Source: Amphiscolops sp. MND2022 (lineage: Eukaryota). Taken from it: 64,000 nucleotides of DNA. Made by a program: the position numbers and the translations under genes. Shown one piece after another: positions 11,644-22,536 of this stretch. Location of the stretch: the NCBI GenBank assembly GCA_964187785.1, contig OZ076409.1, forward strand, positions 77,254,001 to 77,318,000, read 5' to 3'. The stretch's first letter is position 1, and each line of letters starts with the position of its first letter. The notes beneath the pieces are model-generated. The model was not told where the DNA came from. It did not search any database and was given only the letters and a program-made list of their open reading frames with translations.

Positions 11644-14600
11644 ATTTGCCACGACTCCAAATAAATGAAAAACTTCGTGTCAGACAATATACAATATCTG
11701 ATCCTTCGACCATATATTACACTGAGTAATATACAACTCTTAAAGAAACTTCATCAACTGACTGGCAGCAGCAGATGAAGACTTCACCTAACTTTTCCAC
11801 CACTTCGGACCCTACGTCCAACAGACTACAAAACGATACTTCGACTATACGACTTATACCGCTCATTGATGACTATAACCCATATTACCCTGACCCTGAC
11901 CATTGTTTTGACCCATATTGGGAGGCTAATTGCTACAATCAACATCATCTATACTTTTACACCAATTATAACAAACCAGATCAGGAGGTAGAGTCGGACT
12001 CTTCCGAAGTAGATGAAGACCTGAATACCGTCCTTGGCAATGCCCGAGTTGACCCATGGCAACATGGCGCACAACTCACTAATCACACGACCCACTCTGA
12101 AGCTGACAACGATTTTCACCGTGGGGGACCACAAGTCTCCCTAGCCTCAGCAGTCGCAGCACGTTTTGTCAACACACTAGTCACCAGAACTGGCGAACCA
12201 GATTATTTACCGCTGACGACCAATCTTGGCCTCAAATACAAATGACGAATGCTCTATTTTCCGATGGATTTCGGCGAACTAACTCTAGATGGCCTTGTAG
12301 ACACGGGAGCCCTATCTAGTGCAATCCCAGAAGCTGATCTACGTAAAATCCGACTATTAGCCCCTCAGTCTATTGTCAAAGAGGGCCCAACACCCAACTT
12401 CCAAATTATGGTTGCCAATGGGCAGCTGGAGACTCCGAAGAGCACCGTCGAGCTGAAGGTTGAAGTCGGCGACATAGAATTCCACGAGATATTCATAGTA
12501 ATGGAAAAACTCACTAGTCCATTGATTGGTCTTTCGTTCCTCCAACGGAACAACACCATCCGGGACATGAGACAAAGTTTCCTGAACTTCCCTTTCTTTT
12601 CGATGCAATTGAAAACTGCCGATCACAAGTATACTAACATTATGGAACCCATCTGCATTAGAGAGGATGTAACTATCCCACCTTAGGACCGACACTCGGT
12701 CAAGCTGGCCTCAAAACTGTACGAAGGCACTACAGTTACTGGGATCCTTCAACCGAGCAACACACTTACAGATGATGGCGAGATTGCCTTCTGTGCTGCT
12801 CTAGTCACTTTGACCAATGGTCAAGTATCGGTTCACCTGAACAACTTTACCTCAAAAGAGGTACACAAGTAGCCACTTTTACTGTCCTGACACCAGAACA
12901 GATGAAATATGTCAAACCCATAGATCCGGTGAAGACATGGCACCTCTTGCAGGATAACCCTGAGAATGCTGCCTACTACGCAAGCAGCTTGATCAAATCT
13001 ACAAAACCTGAGGACTTCAAGGAAAACTACTGGTTTCCTACACCAGAGGACCCTGGGGACCCTCAGCAACACACGCCAGTCCAGAAAAGGATTTTATCCG
13101 AACTAATTAATCTCCAAGAATTCGAGAAATTCAACCCTCAGGACGACCATGAGTCGCGCCGTCAGTTCCTGTCTAATTTTGACTGGACAGAATAGAATCT
13201 ATGCTACAACCCGCTGAATTCGCTTGCATAGAGGACTTAGTTGACGAATTTCACGACATATTCGCAAGACATCGATTTGACATAGGTATGAACGAGGAGT
13301 TCAAGGTCAAATTGACACCCAAAGAGAATTCCTCAGCCTATAGTCAGAGTTTGCCTACGCCAATCAACCTCAAGGAAGACAACCTCGTGGAATTAGCATT
13401 ACTACATCGCTAGGGATAATTAAAACACACCCATTCTCCAAATACGCAAGCCCAATTTTTGCCCAAAAGAAACCTAACGGCAAACTGCGACTGCTTGTCG
13501 ATTTGCGAAAAATCAATAACCTTATTTCCGACGATTATATAAATAACAATCACCCCGTGAGTACCCTCACAGATGCAGCCCAACACCCATGGCATGGCTG
13601 GCAAGAAGCTATTCTGCAAATTGGACTGCTCGCAAGCATATCATTGCTTACAGATGGCTGACAAGAGGTCAATCGACATGCTTGCTTTCAATTTCGCCAG
13701 CAGAACCGTCGCATACAGAAGATTGGCGCAAGGACTCAGCAGAGCCTTATCGGCCTTTTCGAGTTTTATGCGTGAATATTTGGACAAGGTCATCAAAGCA
13801 GACCAATGTGCCCAATTTGTTGATGATATTGGCATCGCTGTCAATAATGCCGAACAACTTATCAACAACCTGAGGGCCACATTTCAGTGCATTCAAAATG
13901 CTGGTCTCAAACTCACGATGCATAAATGCCACTAGCACTCAAACAACCCTTACCGAACAAGCAAATAGCCCTCATGACTGACGCTAGCCTTTAGGCCGCA
14001 GGGTATGCAGTTCTCATCGAAGATGATCCCCTCGAGAAATACACATCAACAAGGAAAACTTTCGCACCAGTAGCTTATGGATCCAAGACCTTTAGTCCTT
14101 TCCAACTGAAAATGTCTATCTATGCGAAGGAATTCTTGTCACTTTTCTTTGCCTTTAAGGATTTTGGACATATCTTTTGGGGAACCCCGAAACCGGTGAT
14201 TACACTTACCGACAATAAATCCGTCACACGATTTTTTCAAACGAAAATCATTCCACCGACACTATGGAATGCATGCGACTATGTCATTCAGTTCAATTTT
14301 ACAAATGCTCATATTCCAGATAAAAACAACACCGCTGTCGACTACTTGTCCCGTCTCGAAATCTCTCCAAAAGAAAAACTAATCCTCCGAATTAGAGAAG
14401 ATATTCCATCGACACCGATTGAACTACATGTCCAATCAGCAGGAGTGTCGGAGGAGGAACAAATCTTTTATAAGGAGGATGACGATGAGACTGAAGAACA
14501 AATTTTACAACGCAAAAGGAAATCTAGGGATCCAGGAATAAGCACCCAAAATGCTCATAGAAGTTCGACAAAAATATTACTATCCTGGCATTGCAAAATT

Positions 14601-16084
14601 TGTTAAAAATGGGTTCAACAATGCGAAATTTGTATAAAAGACAGAAGAATTCCAAACTCATCCATCACACCTGAATTGCTCAATCTGCTCGAATGGGACT
14701 TAGGTCCAGAAGACGCAATGCAAATCGATTTTTTACCAAACCTACCCCCCAGCGGAGGATACGAAAACATCATTACTGCAATAGACGTGTTTTCGCATTA
14801 TCTTTTTGCTTACCCAGTTACAGACGCTTCAGCCACGAACACGGCTAATGTCATTTTTGACATAATTACGAAACAGACCTACTTGCCTGCCACCTTGATC
14901 ACTAACAAAGGAACGGCCTTTACGTCCAAACTGGTGGCCGAAATTGCTCAAATTTCGGGAATTCAAGTGAATGGCGCAACTACAAAACACCCACAAATTA
15001 TTGGTAAACTCGAACGCACACACGCTAGCCTGAAAACGAACCTAAAAAGGGCCTCAGGGGACTACCGGCGACAATGGTTTATATATTTGCCTTTAGCCGT
15101 ATTAAACTATAATACGACCTACCACGCCACCTACCACGCTGTGAACCATCCAGAATCTTTCATGGACGAATCCCATATAATATATTAGATCACAAATTGG
15201 GCCTTAATCCAAACTCGAAGGTCTTTCCAACCACAGACTTTGCTGAGGAATTTCAATGACGCACGCAAGTACTACTCGATTCCACAAAGAAAAACATCAT
15301 GCAACCCTACTTGAAATACAAGGAGTATTACGACCGAAAGGCCAAAGCAGCCCTTTTGAGACAAAACGACTATTGTTTCATATTACAACCTATCGCTGGC
15401 CACCAAGGATCAAAAATCCCGTTTTGAGAATACAGATGGACAGGACCCTATATTGTAGAAAATGTCCTACCAAACGAAAATTATATAGTCAGAAAACTGA
15501 ATTCCAACAAAACGCAAATTCTACATCGTATTATATTGCGTAAATATGAGCCGAACACCGTCCTACAAGTCATCAGACCGGAAGACATTTTGCAACCGGA
15601 TGATGAAATTATTATTCCGCAAGACAACCTCTATGTTATCACTTGGGAAACCAATTTTGGAGAATTCCCCAATTCCACTGAAAATAACACAATTCCTACG
15701 AATCGAGATGCTCAAGACACTTCTAATGATTACGTCAATGATGACAGAGCGCCAAACGAAATTTTGGCCGACGTGGACTTTAGGTCCACTGGGCCTCACG
15801 AAAATGACGCCAGAGCGCCAGTCGAGTGTTTTACCGATGTGGACCTTACGTCCACCGGGCCTCACGAAAATGATGATTTTGATTCGCTTAAAGAAACCCG
15901 CTCAGAACGTACAGACCACAGGTTTGACGATCGACAATCGTCAGGAGGGAGAGATACTATCGTGCCCGAAGTATTAGATGATCAAAATGATGATGTGATG
16001 GTAGAAAATGATAGCTCTAGGGGAGGAAAATATAATCTTCGTCCTAGACCCACCCCCAACTTTACTGACGAATACAAATACTAG
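11640..16084 (+). pseudogene. pol (PR-RT-RH-IN), decayed, with two internal deletions
   Basis: LDGLVDTGA; LDCSQAYH, LAQGL, QFVDD; MTDAS, SIYAKEFL, TDNK; WVQQCEIC, QIDF..IDVFS, GKLERTH; ends KYNLRPRPTPNFTDEYKY*. Sequence is missing after ~13932 (RT thumb/connection) and ~14527 (before integrase). Confidence 0.95.
15767..15876 (+). repeat. Two 66-bp tandem units in the integrase tail
   Basis: ADVDFRSTGPHEND / TDVDLTSTGPHEND. Confidence 0.85.
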
Positions 16085-16254
16085 TCAAATCTTTAAATTA
16101 CTGTCCTGTTCTTGAGCAATAAAAATATCTTTTAGGGACCTGACTGACTTCTAAACGGAAAACTACGATAGACTTCAGACAACAAATGGAAAAAGATGAA
16201 TAAAAAACTGAATAAATAAAGGCTGTTTATCATGTGCAAGTATGTATTAGACAA

Positions 16255-19200
16255 TTAGAGCTTAGTGGGACTCCCAATCGAATGGCTGCTTCGTTCGATT
16301 GAACCCCCTCTCGACACTGATCGGCCCTGGCGCTTGCTAGCCTTTTTGTCCCAGGACTTTTCCGGCGACTTATCAGAACTCTGAGGATCAGCGCTAACAC
16401 ACATGGTGACTTTGCGCTGTTCAGTAGATTGGGAATTTATGCAGTCTTCAATAGCAGCGCGATTGAAACGATTGATCTTGTCCCAAGGACAGTAGGTACT
16501 ACTGAGCCCAGTACCACCAAATAATTTCTCCAGGACCAGAAAATGAGCGATAGATCCATCAGAGAAAAGAGTGTTCAGTCCGCGTGCGACATTTCCCAGA
16601 TAGGACTGAATAGGAGCAACAATGTCAAACAACACACTTTTGGGTTCGTCAGTCTTGTTGGAGCCAAATCTAACAGGTGCAAATGTAAACCTGGGTTCAT
16701 CGATGCAGAGACAGCTTAGACGGAAAATCCTTGACAGATATACTCGGGACTTTAATGCAGGTTGCTTGGACACGAAGTCAATGGTATCGGCTATTAGTAA
16801 CTTAGGTTGCTGCATCTCAGGTTGAGTGCGTCTCAACTCGTCAATGATGGAAAGGTACTCTTCAATGTAGATAGTTTCCTCTTCGGGCTGGAAGACACCT
16901 CTGAATCGGAAACTAGAGAACAGGTTCTTAAAGCAATACGCAGCTTGCTCCATTGTGTCCACAAACAGGGTCTCTAGGTCGAAGGAGCCTAACCCTTTGA
17001 CGATATCTGAAGTGAATCTGGTGAGTCCAGTAGCTGCTCCGAAAAGATGTGCCACATACCCACGAGCTTGTCGACCAAATTCCTCACGATTATTGGCGAT
17101 TATTTCTTCAAGGCTCAGTTCACTATTTCTGCTTCTTTTCGCTCCTTCTCGGATTTACGCTTGCACCAAGCATCCAGTCGGGGTCATAGTATTAAGCGGG
17201 ATATAAAATCACTGACTGATAGGGATTTTGAATCTGGGATGGAAATTCGGAGAATGTCATAATATCAGGTTCGGAAGGCAGGCAACTGGATCGAATGCAC
17301 CTCTGGGCAAGTTTGTGCAGATACTGGCAGAGCTCCTTGTGGACATGAAACCCTCGATCACGCCTCGTCTTCAGGTTAAGAATGAAACTGCTGGTATCTA
17401 AAAAATACAACAATGAACTCATGAAAACAGACAATTACCACAACACACGATATACCACTTACAATCGCAGAACAATCGACAGAACAAGTCCAATCGGCAA
17501 GGAAAGAGGTCATCATAGACTATGGACAATTCCAGATTCTGTGGCTGATATTGTTATGGATTTGAACTAAACTGGACTCGAGGTCATCTTAGCCATACAA
17601 TGACATTACTCATTACCTCGTTTCGGACTCCTTGCTTTTCTTGTTGTGGGGCATGCTTGGAGAGGTGCCCTACCACCTTCGACCAATTGTCAAGCAATTC
17701 CTGACAGAGCGCACGGAGTCCACTGACATCAAGCTGGCCTGTCCTGATGGCCTAAAACAAGATACCTAAACTAAGCTCAATAGCACAAAACCTCACATGG
17801 ATAGGTACGCTCACACTCCTGGAAACGACGAGTCACTGCTTGATGAAGTGGAGTTATTTACCTTGGTTAATTCTGGAGACAACAACACCCAGTCCAGCTC
17901 TGAGCTGCCCCTGAGGGAGATGACAAGGTAGCGCAGTACGGAGAAGAAGTCTTTACGTCCGAAGACACTCTGGCTCTTCTTGTGCATCAGGGTTGACAGG
18001 GTTAGCTCTTCGAAACGAGGAGTACTCTGTACTCCACATGGACTGTAAGGGCTCTGATCAACCAATTGCACTGTCCGGGCACTACTTCCAGTACATTTAA
18101 CTAGGCGTGGCTTAGTCGAGATGGCTCCAATGATGTACCAAATTAGGCACACTCCAGCTTGGGTCTGGCCCTGTACCCGTCCAGTCCGTTTGAGGAACAC
18201 TCGGCATAATTGATCACCGTGACAGAACCTGATAAATGACAGGAGGAAAACGCCGTCAGTAGCAAATTCTACTGCGTATTCGCCTGACGAATTGATCTGA
18301 CATTCGAGGTCATCAATAAATTCACGAAACATATGGTGAAACATGACCTAAACACAAATTCGATTGATTAGCCCCCGGAAATACTACGAGTACACAGCTT
18401 AACAGAGTGCGTAAGCGGATAAGATGAAATAATTGTGATTACTTACACTAATTCTTTCCTTCCCCCAGTTGAAATCCGTAAACAGGGCTTGGTGATTGAC
18501 TATGACTCCGACGTCACTCCAAAAGCTTTTCAGAACCTCAAGGCACCGTGAGTAGGAAGGAATTTGGCCAGTACGGGCAATTGGACTCGTGCACGATTAT
18601 CGGACGAAGAAGACATGTAATCCGTCCCAGCCATGAATTCATCATGAAAGGGAAGTTTTTGGCCAATTTCAACTAACGGAGCGTCTTTAAAGTAAGGCAA
18701 CTCCAATTCCAATTGATATGGTGAGAGTAGTTTACCATCTCCACCTCGGACTTGGTGGATTTTTGACTTGGTCACTGGGTCAACTTAGTAAAGGTACTCG
18801 TACCGCCACCTTTGGTCTTTACGTAAATGTTTTTCGGAGGAATGATGGCGCAAAAGTTTCCGTGCTCCCTCGCCATAAAGGGAGATGTTGGCGTTACAGA
18901 TCTGGCAGTAGAACTTGTAAGGATTCCACCTTGGGTCCACTGGACCTGAAACGAATGTTCGGGTCCATTCTATCCCTGAAGTAAGCTTCCTTCAATATCT
19001 TGCAAGACCTTGTGATCTGCCTGCGGGTCGCTGTGCCTCGGGAACTGGAACTGATTCTTCCACCCTGATTATTAGGAAGCTTGCCTTTGTGTTTAATTGC
19101 TTCGGCCTTCAAGGAAGCAAGGGTTTGGGCATCAAGACTGTCGGCAGCTGTTAATGATGTGCCGGCCCGACGGTCCGTATAGCTGCAGGACGCACCCTCG

Positions 19201-20571
19201 GAAGCTTTCGGCGGAGCAATTATCTCATCAGTTTCTGGCCTTTCGTAAGAGTAACCAATACTGGAGAACTCATCATCGCTCTGGAGGGCTCCGCTTGTGT
19301 CACTCAGTTGACCCAGTGTCGTGCTTCTAGACCTTTGACTCTGGCCGACTTATAAAGTCGCTGGGGTAGTCATGGTGCTAGCAGAGGCTTCTAAGGTGAG
19401 TCTCGTCGTTTTTTGGATAATGCCTTCTAACATGTCTTGGGAGGCCCTCACAGTCTCGTCAGCAACAATCTTAAGAAGGCTGCTCAATTGATCCTCAGTA
19501 AACGCAATAACTGGGTGTCCTTGGGGGAAATTGAAGGGTTCATTAGTCTGGAAGTGTTCTTTGATGAGCGCCCTGCTAGTAGGAAGTAAGACTTTGACCT
19601 CTAGGAACCCCAGGAAGGCCAACAGTGGTAAACGCACTTTCAGCGTCACTAGACTCAATGTTAAGCTGTCGGGACTTCAAGTCTAAAGCCTGAGCAATCG
19701 TAGAGCCAGCTGGGTTGAAAGAAGACTCGGCATCAGTTTCAACTACAGGTTCACTACTGCTAATAGTGACAGCCCGAACGTCTTTGTGACCTGTTTCGGC
19801 ATTTGAGTCCGTGTCAGCCTCTTCATCACTCATGGTACGAAATGGAGTAGGAGCTCTTTGTTTGGCTGGAGGATGACTCCATGAAAGGATGTACTCCCTT
19901 TTCTTGGTTGTTTGTTTGTACCCTGAGTACGTTTTGTTTCCGCTTGAGAGCTGGCGCCAAGCACTGGCCCAAGAAATGAGACTTTAGGTCCAGAGGGACC
20001 TTGTTCAGTCGGGCTCAATTGGAAGCTTGTGGAGGGAATCATCACGATAGGTTCACTCTCAATCGCTTTTACAGTGTTGTTTGCCCCCACTAAAGCCTCT
20101 TGTTTCGGTAAATCTTTTTCAACGCTCTCAGTTTTGCGGGTCGAATATGCCTGGACGCTTTCTCCTGAACTACTATTTCCAGACGCAAACGGATTGACTA
20201 GGGATGGAGTGTAATCCGGAGACGGTGGTCGAGGGGTTGGTTGACAAACTGTAGGAGTAGAAGAATCGACATTTTTTTGTAGAGGAATCTTGTTCAGATG
20301 AAGCCTGTAATCCACTTCCCTCAAGGATTTCTATGGCAGTGAGTAAAACACTAGGAGAAGTAGGAGGTGAAATTGTCTGTTTGGAGGAAGAAGCTGCTTC
20401 TCCCACGGTTGTGGGACTGCTGGTCTCCACAGCCTCATCAGGGCGTTGGGTCAAACTGTTATCTCTGATGCTTTCATTGTTCATAGACGCCTGGGTCGGT
20501 TGGCCGTTTGATTCAGTTCCTAAATGGAAAGGAATAATTTCGCGCGGTTCACTTCCTGCAAATGAATCCAT
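16255..20571 (-). pseudogene. Antisense intron-containing gene inside the Gypsy element: S/T/P-rich N-terminus, C2H2-type zinc finger, hAT-transposase-like body
   Basis: Minus-strand exons 20571-18447, 18347-17862, 17751-17463, 17397-16255. GT-AG introns 18446-18348, 17861-17752, 17462-17398 have matching phases (0, 0, 1). FYCQICNANISLYGEGARKLLRHHSSEKH at ~18913-18827. Several stops and frameshifts. Confidence 0.8.
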
Positions 20572-21725
20572 CTCGCCGCTTTTTAAAATCTTCCGGAAGT
20601 AGAGTTCAACTCATTCAATTTAGTTTGAAACATTTCACGACGGAGGAAGTACAATTAGTCGAACCTAAACCCTGATCAAGTTTAGTTAGACAAAATGAAA
20701 GAACCAACCTGATGTTATTTCCATGACGGAAAACATAATTGTTGTCCCGAACGTCGTTTGAAAATGTTGGGCTGAAGAATGTGCTCAAGGGGTTGACTCT
20801 GTCCTTTTGAAGGCTCGTGATAATCTGTGACTGATCAGTGTGTCTGCTCAGCTGTGTGGTTCTCAGAAATAAAAATCCCTTGATGGGTAGAATTACAAGT
20901 TGAGGTGACAATCAACTCGAGTGTAGAGAATGAAAAGGGGCGGAAGAATACTGGATCACAGACACAGAACATACATTATAATATAATAACATTACTTACA
21001 CTTCCTGACCTCACTAGACTTAGAGACAATGTACACGAAGTACAAAACGCAAGACGGTTAATTACTTACCTGGCGAATGAACGTCGTGGCCTATTAAGTA
21101 GTTCTTTTATCTACAATTATGTACAACTTATCACATGTACCCTTAGTGTTATTATTTAATCAAGATCTGTTTCATCATGGATTGAAACTGCCAGTGAAAT
21201 TCATGTCTTTATTTCATCTTAGGGATTAGTTCATTTCGTAAATTAGTGTTAGTTTAACTGAAATAGCCATTCTCTTGGCTTTCGTCAATTTTTTTTGTTC
21301 TTTTCTCTGCGACACCTCATTGGTTACTTCAGTTGATGTAGCCGTGCGGACTGAAGGTCTTTGATGGTGAATTTATTTACCGGCAGTTAACTTGAGTTAA
21401 CACTTATTACACCTATTCACTGCCATCAAGTAGTTATTTAAACAGCTAGAAAGTCCTTCAAGAACCTTTTAACATCAAGTTTACCTTAGTTATCATTCCG
21501 GGAAATTGGGTAAATTCTACATTTAAGGAATGTTTGGTAAAGATTTAGGAAAGATCAGAAACTGTTTCCCCGCTGGGGAACTCCCGCGAAAACGGGAAGA
21601 CTGGCAGCCCAAGTATCTCGAGGAGAAATCATTCATCACAGTTTGAAAAGTGTAAAACAGTCGAGTAAAGAAACCTCAAAATTGCGAAGAAAGTCTTTCT
21701 TAGGAGATTTCAAAACAAAATGTAA

Positions 21726-22536
21726 ATGAATCTACCGTTCTATCTAGACGATCTCTCAGCGCTTCCAGTCAGTCCTAGTCACTACTCTTCTGATGAAGAA
21801 ATGGATGTGGACACCCAGTTAGTCACTGCTACCAAAGACGACTCCGAAGATAGCGATATAGGAATGATCGCGTGTTACCGGCAAGACCAATTCAGCCAGA
21901 TGGACTAGTCGCAGGACGCAAAATGACTGTGGAGATACCAAAAAGTGCTGGGGGAAACTTACCCCGATTGTCCCTAGGAGAATTTTGGTAGCATGATGCA
22001 ATTGGTGGACAGCCAGGCTGATCCGCTGGATATGGGAGCGGGGCCAAGTACAACTACCCAAAGCAGTAGTCCGCCCATAAGGTATTGTGGTAAACTAACG
22101 CCATTAGTTGACACGCCCCTATCTCCTCCACCACACGAGCGTGGTCCAAGTCACAGCAATTGTGACTACACAACGACAATGCAGACTCGGATGCCGCTCC
22201 GACCGAATTCTCATATACAAGCACTGAGTGTCCGCAAAGCGTCACAATGTGGACAGCCAAATCAAGCTCAATATGGTGACTGCATAGTTTGCGGAAGGAG
22301 TTATGAACAAATAAAGGAAACTGCTGCTTGGATACTTAGAATCTTCTACTTATCGTGGAGAAGGTTACAACGATCAACAAAGAAGACGTAATGCTTATTT
22401 AGCTGGAATGGACCAAGGGACAGTACTCTTTATCCCTAGGGGAGTGTCGCACGCTGCCGCCTGTGACTGTAACCTCTACCAAATCACATTGGAAGGAGAC
22501 AACTCTAACCCACCCCCAGGAGTGCTCCCCATTTAA
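21726..22536 (+). pseudogene. Sense accessory ORF of unknown function running across the PPT into the 3' LTR
   Basis: Pieces 21726-21908 and 21993-22391, then a shifted frame GYLESSTYRGEGYNDQQRRRNAYLAGMDQGTVLFIPRGVSHAAACDCNLYQITLEGDNSNPPPGVLPI* ending at 22536. Includes CIVCGRSY. Confidence 0.7.

Noticed and set aside
17567..17616. A fourth intron in the antisense gene (GAG|GTAATG)
   Set aside because: The frame continues through it (EVMSNVIVWLR*PRVQFSSNP*QYQPQNLELSIVYDD) with two stops explainable as C-to-T changes, and the downstream phase fits without splicing.
16255..22536. env gene
   Set aside because: No signal peptide, furin site plus fusion peptide or transmembrane anchor was seen, and the main ORF is antisense.
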